A DNA stretch of 61,703 bases, the filler included, from Porpidia crustulata (taxonomy: Eukaryota): NCBI GenBank assembly GCA_964255105.1. It is 8 parts of 8 records of this genome, joined end to end, with 100 filler letters (N's around TTAATTAATTAA, not from the genome) between each part and the next. Parts side by side here need not be neighbours in the genome. Positions count along the whole stretch, not along the records: positions 1 to 7,642 come from CAXUWE010001271.1; positions 7,743 to 15,376 come from CAXUWE010001272.1; 6 more parts are not named here. One strand, given 5' to 3'. The stretch's first letter is position 1. The number at the start of each line of letters is the position of its first letter. This document shows positions 1-14,692 of the stretch, in pieces. A program made the translations under genes and the position numbers. The notes below the pieces were generated by a model, which saw only the letters and a program-made list of their open reading frames with translations, was not told the DNA's origin and ran no database searches.

Positions 1-46
1 TGTGATCGTGCTGAACAAGACGGACCTGGTGAGCGCCGAGGCGCTG

Positions 47-3000
47 GAGGCGGTGGCCGAGGGTGCGGACGGTGGCGGCGAGGGTCTCGAAAGGGATCAG
101 GTTGCGCTCGAGGGACTCTTCGTGGGTGCGGTCGAGCAGGTTCTGCCACGTGGCGCGGATGTCGGCCGGGTTGCGGTGGTCGGCGGCTTGGTAGATGAGG
201 ATGCAGAGGTCAAAGTAGCCGGCTTGGTCGGCGTATTGGTTGTACAGTTCCGTGAGGCTGAGGATGGGGCCGTTGAGCTGGGCGAGGACGTCGGGTTTTC
301 GGGCGGCGGCGATGCGGGTATCTTCTTTGAGGCGGAGTAGGAGGTCGGATTGGATGTTGGCGACGTCGAGGAGGTCAGAAATTTCGCGGAGGAGCGCGTG
401 GCGGTTGGAGCGGGCAAGTCCGGGGGTGGAAGTTGAGGCGTTTGCTTTGGCGCGGCCGAGGTATTCGATTCGGCGGTCTAGGGAGAGGGCGAAGGCGGAT
501 TTGGCGAGGGCAAGTTGCACGGCGGCGGAGTCATGGAAGCGCGAGTGTTTATTATGGTACCTCCAAAGGAGATCGGCGTGGGCAATGTCGTCCGAGGATT
601 TGCGTTCGAGGTAGGTGACTATGTAGGGGGAGTGAATGTCGAGGAGGCGGTCTGCGCGGCCTTGAGAAAGGTACCAGTCGTAAAGATCGGTTTGAAAAAC
701 TTCGTCATCGGAGGTGTCTATGATTGTATAGGCTTCTGATATGCGTTTTGATAGTTGGGTATATTGGCCGTCAATGATTTCGGGGGCCTGTCTGGGAACC
801 TGTTCTAGAGATATGATTATTTCGTGGACGAGATTATAACATTGTTTACGGGATTCAAAGGCTGCTGATCGCGTATCCTAAGAAATCAGCTTGAGTTCCG
901 AAAAGGGGGTTGAATGTTTACCTGTTCTGGCCGCCCTTCTTGGATCCACGAAAGCGCCCTGTTACCGCGATCAGATTCTTTGGCCACGGTGAGAGCTAAT
1001 TGGATAGCTCCAGCGTAGAATTGCATAAATTCATACTGCTGTAACGCCCATTGCAGCTGCTCCATCGAGAGCTGGGCAGCCACTTGCGTGAATAGCCTCA
1101 AACTCTCATTCAGCAGGTTTCGCCCAACCTCGGAGTCGATGCCCTCTACCGAACCCTTTTTGAGTAGTTCCTGGGCTTTGAAGATGATAACATCACCTGC
1201 ACTGCAAAAATTACCACATCTTCGACGTAAAGCTTCCGCAACAGTCTCGACGTTCGATCCATTGGCAATGTTGCGATTCACTACAGCCTTGACTAGCTCC
1301 TTTGCCATGTCTTTTCCCTTGTCTGTACAGAATAAACCTTCATAGGACAAGTTCCTTACGTTCTGTCGCGTCTCGTTGGTGAGAGAGAGCATGATCTCTT
1401 CGATACGTTCATCAAACAAAACCAGCACAAACGCTATACCTTCAATCATATTGTCCAAAAGTAAAGTAATCGAATGTAGAGCACGGTGCTCGGCTTGAAG
1501 GCAAACCTCCTCTAGCTTTGTCGATACTCGCCCAAGCGCAGCAGGTCCTGCGAGACCCTCAATGAAGCTCTTGTTTGTAGAAAGGAATTCTTTGAGCTTC
1601 AAGAGATCACGGGAGATGATCTGAAGCTTAGATAAACTGATAGCGGGAGTAACTGAGAGTCCGGTGACAGGGGACACTGATTCGATCACGATCGGAGCCT
1701 TCCAGACAGAGCGGACCAATCTTGCAATATACAATGATAGGCCATGATGGCGTGCAGATGGTATTACCATGTCAATGGTTGGGATCTCAATTTCATCTAA
1801 GAGGGTTGCCCTTCCACCGTATTCAATAAACGCCTTGCGGGCATATTCGAGGACGTCCGGTTCCGATATAGTGGCCACACGAGAGTCAGGTGCTACTTCT
1901 ACGCCCTGCCCACATGCTACAGCCAATGCTGTCGACGTTGTCTCAGCACGGCCATATTGTGCAGCAAATTTTTTGATCTCCCCCGAAAGACCGTCGTCGC
2001 CACCACCTAACCTAATGACTGTTGCAAATATATCTACAAGTCTTCTTCGCCGCAGCATATGAACTCCAGTGTTTGTTAATATGGCGATCTCAGACGCAGG
2101 AGAATCATACTGTACTGCAAGCTCATTACCAAACCCGATAGGATGAGAGACTGCGGAAAACGAAGCAGTCGCGAGACCGATATCTTCAGCACGGCTGCCA
2201 AGATTGAGCCATTGGCCTGATTCGGGATATTTTGACATATTGGACATTTCTGGGCCTCTCGCGATACGCCCAGACTCGGGTGCGGAGACGAACAACGCAT
2301 CGGTTGCCAGAGAATCTCTGGCAACGAAACAGAAAAAGTATCCTGGCGGATATCTGATCGCGCTTCGAGTGGGAGCAAGGGCCACTGAAGAAACATCAAG
2401 GGATTGATTACTATTATAAGTTAAGGACTGTTGGGAGCCCTGTGATGGACCGGATTGAGGTAAAGAATTATCGGAGGGAGGGAATTTCACATGCTGTATT
2501 TGCATACTACTTGGTGGCCTTGAGGAGTCAGAAGACATAGTCCATCCATAGGACGTGGCACTAATGAATACTCGACATCCAGTGGAAGTTGTGGCCATAA
2601 GGTGTAATTTAGATGCTTCCTTCGAAGAGATAGGGCTTATAGATACAATTGTAGTACTGGTAGAAATAAGTCGCGATTGTGATGACATATGCCCAAGCTG
2701 AGTGAGCGTGTCCTTGAGGGTGCTGGTTATCACTAAATCAAGGACGCCTTTAGATCTCATATGGAAGGTCCGGATCGTCGATAACGAAGAGAGAGCGTAG
2801 AGTAGGTTTCTCGTATCGTCGGTTACCATTTGCGTAATATACTCCTGCTGGGAGCTCTGACCGAAAGAAATCTTTGGCACAAAGGAGGACCTGTTGGTGT
2901 GATTGATTTTCGTACAGCGGTTGTGGAACCATTTTTCTTCTTGCTGATAGGTGAACTCGTAGACGTCGTCACTACCTCTGCCGGAAAAGAATATTCTACC

Positions 3001-3823
3001 GCTAGCGTTAGAACCCTCGATCACGTTGACATCAATTCCTTTGACAGATATTGACAGACGGGTATCGAACAGAGTGATAGACTGAGCACCGCCAGCGGTT
3101 GATTGTGAAGCCAGTCCAAGAAGCAGAATATCTGCCGTAGTCGCTACCACCAGAACTTGTTTTATTGAAGGATTGAACACTCCAGCCCGAGGAACCACCA
3201 GCCGCACTGCCGTAATACTATTCGGCTGTTCCTCGAAACCTATCAGATCAGGATCTGGGTGCGTGTAATCCCATAGATACACAGAATTATCAATTGAGAC
3301 CCAAGCATGGCTGATCTCTGCAAACAGGCCCATCATTGTCGAAACCTGGGCGCGATTGTACTGCTCGAATATCTTATCCGGGATGTTGTGGGTCGTCGCT
3401 TTTTGGAACGGCGCCCATGCTGGTTGCGCCGCGATGTCGTAGTCCCAGGATGTTCCCTCTGTACTCTGTCAGCATTTATAGACGTAGTTCTTCTACAAGC
3501 CTCTCCAAGAACTTACGACCTAGGTAGCTATCTAGCTCAGGATACTTCATATCCGCACCCAAGGTATCATTGATCGCTTTCGCTGCTCGCTCGATGGGAC
3601 GGAGAGCTGCTGTTGGCGACTGTGCAACTTGTTGTGCGTTGGTTGATCTCTGCTTAGAAAGCGCCTGGCTCTGGGGCTGAGATCCATACCGTTGGGAATT
3701 GGCCGCTGCACCGGATTGAAAACTGGGCTGGCTCATTGAGACTGACTGATACCTGCTGACTGCAGGCGTCTGGACATATGCGCCTGGTAAAGGACGTTGT
3801 GGGGTCTGGATGGAGAACGACAT
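47..3823 (-). CDS. NUP170: Nucleoporin Nup170/Nup155 (3'-truncated, multi-exon)
   Basis: ATG at 3823 (MSFSIQTPQRPLPGAY), intron near 3517-3460, long exon with MGLFAEISHAWVSIDNSVYLWDY and LRRRCGNFCSAGDV, intron near 921-878, and a last exon reading ELYNQYADQAGYFDLCILIYQAADHRNPADIRATWQNLL...TLGHRL. Runs off the contig without a stop. Confidence 0.93.
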
Positions 3824-4190
3824 GTTTGGGGGTAGGTATGTTTGATGAAATTAAAGGCCAGCGCGTCAGTCGCAGAGCGGGCCAGTACCCCAAGTCTTAA
3901 GACCACTTCTCACTTGCGCCTCTTTTCCGCTTAGTTGTGTGCTATATGCCTCCGCGAAAATCGTGTGACTGTAGGCTGTTTCTCTGTAAAATGGTGATTT
4001 CAGACATTATATACAAAGCCGTTTCGTAGCTTATCGAAAGTTACAATGCGAGGAGCCGCAGAGCGCTTGGACCACGTCCAAGCCCAAGCCATTTACGGTT
4101 AGTCCAGGAACAGAAAAATAAGGATACCTGACTACCAAGATAGCTTCTGTCACCATATTTCTCCGTACCAGCTTCCTTTTACTTTTCAAG

Positions 4191-4830
4191 ATGTCAGTAG
4201 CATGGGTTGTACGCCCTATATGGAAACGTATGGGGCGCATTGAGGTAAGATGCTTATCTACCTCAGCGATTCCAACGCCTCCACTTCTACTCAAGCTGCG
4301 AGACGATATGAAAAGTGCAATGAAAGCCAAGGACAAGAACCGGTGAGGAAATTCATGTTCAAACTACCAAATTTTTCCGCAACATACCAGCTGAGTTTAT
4401 ATCAAACAGCCTCGACGTCCTCCGAGGGATCATCGCAGAAACCACCAACTATTCCAAAACGAGCACGAAATCTCTCCGCAATGATGCGCAGATACTGAGC
4501 ATGTTGCGTAAACGCGCCGAAGCTGCGGAATTAGCCGTGGTGGAGTTTAAGGCTGCGAATCGCGACGATCTCATCGAAAAAGAATTGTTGCAACTGGGTG
4601 TTCTGGAAGGGTACATCAACAGCGTGGAAATGGTGGGGGAAGAAGAGATTACAGCGGTGATAGCTGAGACTATGGATAGGAGGAGAGAAGACGGACTACC
4701 GGTGTCGAAGACCAGTTTACTCAAAGCGCTTAATCGTGATACTGGGGCTTTTGGTGGGAAAATAGTTGATATGGGAAAAGTGGCTCAGATTGCTGAAGAC
4801 ATGGTGAAAGATGCAAGAAATCCGTTTTGA
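4191..4830 (+). CDS. AIM41: Mitochondrial GatB/YqeY-domain protein (AIM41-like)
   Basis: Arg-rich presequence MSVAWVVRPIWKRMGR, then LLLKLRDDMKSAMKAKDKNR, GT-AG intron ~4343-4409, then LDVLRGIIAE...EFKAANRDDLIEKE..Q..VLEGY, a YqeY pattern. Confidence 0.8.
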
Positions 4831-5191
4831 AGACTTACATAATTTTAGCTTCTCCAATTCGATGCACGTCCTCCACTCCCTCAATACCCGTCCGGACTTA
4901 GTCACGACGGCATTGAGATGCTGATCGGGGAACAATTCGGGAAAGGATTGACTCGAGATCTATTTTATTTATTCTACATGAGCGCTTGGCAGATACTTGT
5001 CTATACAGATTGACAAGAACTTCCAGTCCTAGTGTATAAGACCAAAGAACGGATTTAGACAGAGTCCTGCATTCTGGCTCTAGAGGCCTGGACTCAATTA
5101 TGGCTATGCTTGTTCCAAAGCATCGACTTCAAGACTCGGGATCTTGCTTTCCCTTTTGCTGTTCAGGTAGCCATAACCTCCTCGGCTGCTC

Positions 5192-6340
5192 TTACACACT
5201 ACTTCTTGTGGCAAAGGATCCGAATATCATAGCTTTGCCGGAGTGACTCCTCGTATCGAGTATCGATTTCTCCACTGTCAGCAGAAGGTGCGTTGTCCGA
5301 ACAAGCACTTCTTCGCAATTTTAGCCGGACCCTCCCGAAATATATGAACAGCTCTTAGATCTCTTTATGAAGTCTAAGAATGCGGTTCCAAACGACATAC
5401 CTGTAAGTTCTAAGGAGTAGCTGATAGCCTGATCCTCATCTTGATGGATCAAGATTGGAACGTTCCGCCTCCACTTGCGCTCGCGCGCCCTTACACGAAG
5501 CTCGACATTCTTCCCTTGGTCGACCCAAATTGAGCGTGAACACTGGGCATGAGAGCTGCCTGACTTATTGGTGTTGTCTGTCGAAGCACATTCATACGCA
5601 CCGCATACATGTTCTTTTGGATCACCGTTTCTCCCTATAAGCCAGTCCCTGAATATTCGGGTTGTTGTCTTTTTGAGGACGTCGACGCAGCTCAGGAAAA
5701 CACCCCTCCGCGGACCCGTTTGCACAAGGCTAATACTGACGCATAGCTGGGAGAATAGTTCATGCGGTTCCATACTCACAGTTCGGGTGATCTTTTCTGG
5801 TTCATGCGCCTCACTGGCCGAAGAAGGACCTGGTGTCGGACTTGTGCGCGACCCAAGAACATCGCCGGCTGGGTGGGACTGCAATATCCTCGGTTCCGAT
5901 CCCATGTCCTTGCTGTGGGGCAGAAACCGCGAATATAGCTTTCCGAGCTCATCTATACCATTATCTCCAGCTTTACCACCCCCCAATTTTACTTTTCTTT
6001 CGTTGACATCATTCAATCCTGGTGTGCCAAGATACTCACAAAGTAGATACGGTTCAGAATATTGAGCCGTCGGGTGATAGCATTCCAGGATAATCTTGTG
6101 ATCTTTCAGAGACGCGGCCTTGAGGAGACGATTGAGGACGATCTGATTGATTAAATTCCGGAAACGATGACAGACGAACGCAAAGTGGATCAATGACTGC
6201 GTAGGGAACAAGTTCAAGACCTGGCATAAGATCTATATTACTCTATCAGCTTGATCATAATACACGGGGAACAGGATCTTGACCTCATTGGGTAGGTTAA
6301 AAAGACTCGGAGCTTGCGGGCTGTATCTGTCGACTGCCAT
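5192..6340 (-). CDS. F-box domain protein
   Basis: ATG at 6340 with SLFNLPNE, intron, then ILCQVLNLFPTQSLIHFAFVCHRFRNL (F-box), the 298-aa ORF body, an intron near 5400 and a short final exon ending at TAA 5192. Confidence 0.75.
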
Positions 6341-6532
6341 CATGAAGTCTTAATTACATCGAATTGCACTACATCTAGTCGTCAATGGAGCCGATGAAGC
6401 TCAGCATCCTCATTCTCACTACGGCGAGTGACTGATCGCTGACATGCATGGACTTAAAGCAGTAGGTAAGGCTATCTGAATAGGTACCTCGAGCGTCATG
6501 AACTTTGACCGCTGATTGAAGTCTTGCCCCGC

Positions 6533-6544
6533 AGTCACGTGACT
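6533..6544. promoter_or_regulatory. Perfect palindromic E-box AGTCACGTGACT in the divergent F-box/GAL7 promoter
   Basis: 12-bp palindrome with a CACGTG core, ~130 bp upstream of the GAL7 ATG. bHLH (Cbf1-type) site by consensus only. Confidence 0.35.
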
Positions 6545-6664
6545 ACTGGAAGAGAGAATTGCAACCCCACCAAACGTTGCTAGGAAATGATACTGCGCTG
6601 CATTGGAGTGCAGTCTTCGCGGATACAGCAAAGTATACGTGTCTTACAATCAACTGCAGTATGA

Positions 6665-7642
<978 letters not shown>

Positions 7643-7742
7643 NNNNNNNNNNNNNNNNNNNNNNNNNNNNNNNNNNNNNNNNNNNNTTAATTAATTAANN
7701 NNNNNNNNNNNNNNNNNNNNNNNNNNNNNNNNNNNNNNNNNN
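7643..7742. other. Artificial contig spacer
   Basis: N44 + TTAATTAATTAA (stops in all six frames) + N44. Confidence 0.99.
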
Positions 7743-8118
7743 GGGTAGGGATGGTGATGGAAATGACGGTGGGGGATATCTGGATTTTCTTTCTAGATTT
7801 TCAGATGGGATCCAGTCCCGTCGGAGGCTCCTGCAATATACCCATAAAATAGGGTTTATTTGGGGGTTTTCGATTTGACAGTTCGATATTTGTTGGAAGT
7901 ATTGGTTGTGTTGTAGTGGTTCTGTTTATTGATACGAGAAGCAATATCTATTTGACCTTTCCCGCTCCAAATATCTATCTCTACGCGAAAACTTCGCTTC
8001 CTTCTACCATGTCATCATTATCAATCCAAATCCCCTTTTGAATCTACGCCAGCTATCAAGAGATATCTTACGTGCCTTCTTGATGCTGAATGCCGTGATA
8101 CAAAGCTCGTTGTGGTGG

Positions 8119-10917
8119 TTATCGAGCCTGATGCAAGCGCTGTACATACTGCATAAACCCCCTCCTCGTCACCTTGACGGAGATGTCAGCCTTGTTTGTA
8201 GATAAAACCAGGGACGGGGGAAACTTCTTACGGTACCGATGTACGTGCCCTCCTGCGAAACAAACGCGGACTCCATCTGTAGCTTTCGGAAGCACTCATA
8301 GACGAAAGCCTGCTTCGCGGTTGCTTCGAAAACTACAGAGGAGCTGTCGACGTACGACGTGAAATCTACTGTGTAGTCATCGCGTGATGAAGGCTGTTGC
8401 GTATAGTTTGAGGGGTAAGGAAGTAAGAGGCATTTAGTGTGAGTAGGGTCTTCAAGTTTGTTCAGCGCAGTTCTGAGAGACGCGGCCAGGATGTGGCCGA
8501 CCACGGTTCCGTGGGAGAGAAGTGGAATATCGATATTGAAGGTACAGGAGGATTGAAATATGTCGAGGTGCCTTTGTAGATGCGTTGCCGGAACTGCAGC
8601 CGAGGATGTGACGTCGATGACTTCCCCTTCGTGGTAAGGAGCTGATAGAAGGTCTCCGATTATGCCGGTCAAGCTCTGACCTATGTCGCTACCTAGCGGC
8701 GGATATGACTTTATCTCGTTGACGAGATCCTATAGGGTGTGCGTAAGCGGATGTTAGTCATATATCTTATTACGGACTTACATATATGTTTGACTGTTCG
8801 ATAGCATCGGCAACCCATTTCGAAACGAATATCGCAATCGAAAACGGTATCATGTACTCCAAGCTTCCGGTCAGTTCGAAGAGGATTACCGCGAGTGTTA
8901 CTGGTAACCTTGTCACTCCGCACATAGTTACGCCTGCCCCTACCATGGCATATATTCCTGGCGTGATACAGCCGACACCGTTTCTAGACTGGCACTCTGT
9001 GAAGAGGCTGAAATGTGGAAACGTGTAAATAACTAGTTGCGTCGTATGACCAATGAGTTTTCCAAACAAGCCTCCGACTACCATGGAAGGTACGTAGATC
9101 CCAGCGGGTACGTGGAGCCCAAACGTAACGACTGTGAGGACTCCCTTGATAACAATAGCAACCGCCAGAGACCTCAACTCGTCAGGAATATTCTCGATTG
9201 GAGGGCAAGCCTCTGATTGAGAAAACATCTGAGCCCATCTATCGCAGGGCGTAGCAAGTTCTGAGAGTAGTTTAGCAGCGCCAGATCTGGTGTATCTGTT
9301 CCAGAAACTGAGTAGGCCGGTAAGTAAGCCGACAAGAGCCGTCTCCAAAAGAGGTGTCTGCCTGATGATAGGAACGCGACGAAAGCTCTTTTCCCAGAGC
9401 CTAGAAGTTTTGACAAAAAGCGCTCCGACTGTACCGCCCGCGATCCCAAGAAGGATGAATACAACCGTTTCAAAATACTTCCAGTCAGCTGTGTAGTTAA
9501 CCTCAAAAAGCACCGTTTTGTGGGTGCCATACGGATTTAGAATTTTCAATGACAGCGTTGATGCCTGTTGCCATTAGCCCAGGGAATAGACGTCCTTACA
9601 GTTTTTCATGAATGTAGAGATACTCACTATGCAGCAGAAGAATACTAGGAAGAGTTGCCGGGGCGGAAGTCCATGGCTTGCATGTCGTTAGTGTTGTTCA
9701 AGTTAATCTGGACGGAATTAACGCAAACCCAAAATCCTCCAACACAAACACAACACCACTGACAGGAGCGCCAAAGGCAACCGCAAGCCCTGACGCAGCT
9801 CCCGCGCGTAGCATCCATTTCTTTCCATCACGATCATCGTACCCAAAGAGTCCAGGTACAATGTCGCTGATACAGGTGGCAAGATGGATATAAGGGCCTT
9901 CCTTGCCTAAGCTTAAGCCAGACGCAGCACTCAAGATCAAGGCAAATGATTTGACAAGCAGAGTCTTCGCACCCAAATAGCCCTCCGCCCTAAAACCACT
10001 GATTATCAATTTCATCTCGGCAACACCACTCCCAGCTGCTGTGTAATGCTTTTTACGGGAAAGTACTTCAGAACCATCATGTTCATAGCACACAACTAAT
10101 GCTGAGGCATCTGCCAAAAGCATAGGGGCTTCCGTTCGTAAAGCAAGCAGACAAGATAAACTTGCAAGAAATATGACCAGCAAGAAGTACACGGGAAAAT
10201 CTACGAAGCTGTTGATTTGACCATCTCGGGTAAGAGCTTCTGACCAGTTCCACCACGAAACGCAGTCACCAACTGGGTCGGAAGTAAGCTTATGCCGCGT
10301 GTGCCTATGTAATCGTAGATGCAGAAAGAATTGGATTCGATAATACTCACAGCCAGAGCAACACCTTCTTTTACTCAAATACCATCCGCCTGCACTCGGT
10401 TAGTTTCGACTGTACTGAGATTAGAGGCTATGCTCACTCTTGCAGAATCCATATTTATAGTCAAATATCACACTCTCGCTCACGTCAATTATATAAGCCA
10501 TCAACGCAATGAGACCGCCGACGAGGGCAATTAACGACCATTTTTGCACAGCTACGAGATGTTTTGATGCTAGTCCCACGTGGTGAGTCTTCTACAGCGA
10601 ACATGTGAGCGTAGTCGCGAAATTTCAAACGATTCGCATACCTGACGAATGTATACTGGGTCTCCACATGCGAAAGCAGTAGATGAGTCCTGTCCATGAC
10701 ACGACTTTTTGGAGCGGAAAGCGTTTGAACAGCGCTCGACGCAGAATCGAACTCTTCCGGTAAGAGTGGCGAGTCTATCTTTCGTCTTTGTACTGTACGA
10801 TTCCTCCTCATCCTGGGCTATTGCATCAGGCTCGGGAAAGCTTTGGTACTGTCGCTGCGCTCCTTCAATGCGATTCAGAAGCTTCGAGTACTCTTGGTTT
10901 ACCTCATCGACTGTCAT
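8119..10917 (-). CDS. CLC-family chloride channel/transporter (multi-exon)
   Basis: Exons give WSLIALVGGLIALMAYIIDVSE, GSGVAE, GLSLGKEGPYIH, AFGAPVSGVVF, PAGIYVPSM and ILFELTGSL, then a CBS-like C-terminal region. GT-AG introns join the ORF pieces. Ends are inferred. Confidence 0.88.
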
Positions 10918-11833
10918 TGCTCCTCGAATCGAAGACTTGGTACAACGAAATGGAGGTGTAAAGGTAATATGCAGGGTACCATGCCAGAAGAATAGACATC
11001 AAATGTATGATGAACAGTGGGGGTAAATCAAGTTGACTGGGAACGAGGGTTCGGATTGACTGCAGTCTCGGCGCACCCAAAATCACCATAAACCACGGTG
11101 AATCACTCGAACAAGCTGAGGCATGGCTGGTAGCCATTACGAAGTCAATGGCGACAGACATCAACATGGAGATTTACCGCAGAGAGCGGCGATGAGCACC
11201 GACAGGCCTGTGGAATTGGTGTAAGAGAATCATAACGCTGAATCGGAGGCGCATGTGGTAAGAGAAATGTCCGAAGCGGGAGTAATTAATTACGAACTGA
11301 ATGTTTAGAAACGGGGTCAAAAATTACCATACGTGCCCCAGAAACTCTAGCTTGGTATTAGCAATCCGGATTCAGTTAGGCGTATCTCATGCAAAGACGG
11401 GCGGGAGCGGGGACGCTAACAACAGGGCTGAGGAAGCTCTCATTGTTGATCAATTGATGTATCGAGTGAGTCACGTCTGCTTTACGTGCGAGTAGGAGGG
11501 AAGCACAAGCCTTTTCACACCCATAACGAGGCAGAAACGGCCTAATGGTCCGCCCGTGTCTTCAATGCTTAGAAATCCAGGCAGATGGACTTCCATCTGC
11601 CGCTTTCTATGTCGCCAAGGGCCTCGTTCACCTTTTGTTACTGTTAGCACATTCCTTTGCTATTTTACTGATTAGTGGATCTGAGTGCGGTGTCATCGAT
11701 TACTATACAGCTGGCCATCACCACACAGCTCTCGTCTACCTAAGCTGTTCTCCTACTCTTGGGGATAACTTCCATTTCTCGTAAGATCTGTCAGCCTTTA
11801 GCGTGCCAACAACAAACACGGCTGCCCGTGATA

Positions 11834-13813
11834 ATGGAAAATCCCAAGGCAGTGCCCACAACGGCAGCGCCAGAGGGAGCTTTGAACGTTGATGTATTTG
11901 AGCATGAGAAGCTGGATGCCCCCAGTTCTGGTGCAGCAACTCCTCCCAATGTTATTCAGAAAGAGGAATCCCCGCGCAAGATACACGGTTTCAAGGTAGG
12001 CTGATACGTACATTTATTCACGGCTAGGCATACTAAATATCACTTAGTGGGCAATTGCTTACGTCTCCATATTGTCTTCGACCTTTCTCTTTGCCTTGGA
12101 TAATACCGTCGTGGCTGATATTCAGCCGGCCATTCTGAATCGATTTGGACAAATTCAAGACCTACCATGGATGGGTGTTGCGTTTGCGCTTGGTGCAATA
12201 GCTATCCTTCCATGGGGAAGAGCTTATGGAGTTTTTGACGTCAAATGGCTCTACATCTCCAGTGTTCTTCTTTTCGAGATCGGAAGCGCGCTGTGTGGAG
12301 CAGCACCGAACATGAACGCGCTGATTATTGGAAGAGTGATCGGCGGAGCTGGTGGTGCTGGCATGTACTCAGGATGTCTCACCTACATAGCTATAACCAC
12401 TACGAATCTTGAGCGGCCAATGTACATGGCAGGTGTTGCTGTCGTTTGGGGTCTTGGCACCGTCCTCGGACCAGTTGTTGGAGGTGCCTTCACCACCAGC
12501 AGCGCAACTTGGAGATGGGCATTCTACATCAATCTTCCGATAGGTGCCATTTTCGCCCCAGCCTACTTTTTACTTCTCCCAAGTTTCAACTTTCGAGCTG
12601 GCACCTCCCTGGTCAACAAACTTAAGATGATGGATTGGGTGGCCATAGTGATATTCTTTTCGGGAACGACTTGCTTTACCATGGCTGTGAATTTCGGAGG
12701 GACTATCTACGCTTGGAATTCTGGATCCGAGATCGCGCTGTGGGTTCTATCTGGGATACTGCTTATCGTCATGACAGCCGTCACAGTTTATCATCCGTTC
12801 GTTACCTCGGAGAACAAATTGTACCCATCACACTTCTTGAAAAGGCCTGTACTTGTAAATCTTCAAGTACAGCTTTTCCTGATAGCTGGTGTCATGCTTG
12901 TCCGTAAATTACCTCGTCTGTCAAGTTCGCTGCTAACAAATTCCAGACCACTGCATACTATATTCCGCTGTACTTTCAATTCACCAAGGTAATTTCTCGA
13001 CTTTGATGACTCATTCCACTTTCTAATTAAATCAGGGCGACTCTGCACTAAAAGCAGCCGTTCGTCTATTACCGTTCATTGTGATGATAGTTTTCTTCTC
13101 AATCGTGAATGGTGCACTCATGCCAAAATTTGGATATTACATGCCATGGTATGTGTTTGGGAGTGCTATGGTATTGATCGGCTCGTCCTTGATGTGTGAG
13201 TGAAAACCATCTGTTTTGTTCCTTGGCTACTAACCCCCATAGACACTATCAACGTTGATACCTCCGCCTCTCGGGTTTACGGCTATACTGTACTCATGGG
13301 CATAGGGGCTGGGTCCTTCCTTGCATCCAGTTTTGCTGTTGTTCAGGCTCTGGTTCCCACTGAAGAAATCAGCAATGCTGTCGGCTTCATGAGTATTGGT
13401 AAGTTGAGGCAAGTTTTGGTTCTGTTTAATCAATAATTCTAACTTTATATAGGCCAGGACCTTGGGATAGTTGTGTTCTTAGCAATGGCTGGCACTATCT
13501 ACCAAAACATTGCCATTGGCAAGATAACGCCCATTCTTCCAGGGGCACCGGCCTCAGATATCGCAGAAGTTATAGCGGGTACAAGCAATCCTGTCTTTCA
13601 AGCACTGCCCTCGGTTGTCCGTGCAAAGGTGGTGGTAGAGATTATTAGTGCTATGAGTACTGTGTGGGCCCTGCTGATTGCGGGAATGGCTTTGAGCTTT
13701 ATTCTCTCTTTTTTCCTCGGTGTAAGTCCCCAATTATCCACGTGGGAACATCCTCTAACTTGCACCTGCAGAGGAAGAGGCTATACATGGAAGGTGGAGC
13801 ACCGGCTGCTTAG
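11834..13813 (+). CDS. MFS drug/toxin efflux transporter (DHA2-like)
   Basis: FLFALDNTVVADIQP, LFEIGSALCGAAPNMNALIIGRVIGGAG and GPVVGGAFT...WRWAFYINLPIG. Six GT-AG introns. Stop TAG at 13811-13813. Confidence 0.92.
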
Positions 13814-14692
13814 AAACCTCGCTGAAAGGCACCGGAATGACAGAAGTGACCGAGCCATTGCAATCCTGACTAGTTCATCCAAATTGTACGTTATAGTTGA
13901 GGGGATTGTCGGTTTTCGCATGGTCCAGGAACTCGAATGGAATTTGAAGCAAATATTCTAGTTCATTGTGAATTGTTGTCCCTGCTCACTCATCTCCGCA
14001 ATTCCTGCGACCCCCTTTCTTCCAAGGGTCTGAGCGGAAAGGCGGGGACGAAGTCCGTCTCTGCATTGTACATGAGCGCTAGTCCTTTGGCAGTTAGGGC
14101 GATCTCAACTCCCATTACCTTTGTACGGTAATACGGTAATATCGATACCTTCGTAGAAATATACACGTATTGTATTCTGGCCCCTAATTCGTCCACCCCT
14201 TGCACCACTGTAAAAACATCGTCTCTTCGCCGTCTCGCCCCTGCGCTCCTCCGCCTCCGGCTTACTTTGCACCTGTCAAGCTCTCCACTGTGTTCATCTG
14301 TCTCTGCGGACCTCGGGCCGCCCGCACAAACTCACTGTCCCTTTCGCTGTTTGTTGCGTGATTGCAGATGGGCCATGTCCCCCCCTTCTACGGCCGGTAG
14401 AAACACCCCAAAAAGATGCGCTCAACGAGGGAGGGCCGGTACGGTTGTCGTAGTTACATTTATATACGTAGGCTCCGAATGAGCGAAATTGCCATGAAAT
14501 GTCTGATATAATATCCTTCTTCGTCCATCTACGCTCCGTCCTCTACGATCGTCTGATCCTTCCTTTTCGCTTTGCACGTGTTTCCAAGTCCAAGCAAAGA
14601 TCCGTTTCTGTTTCGTCGCCTGTGACTATTGCTGCTGCTGCTTCTTCTTCTTCGTCCTCTTCTTCCGCGAAAGGAGAAGAAAAGAGAGTCAA

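Noticed and set aside
13990..14380. Possible small spliced gene on the minus strand between the MFS and DUF3237-like genes
   Set aside because: Splice-like signals exist, but the translation has no recognisable motif.
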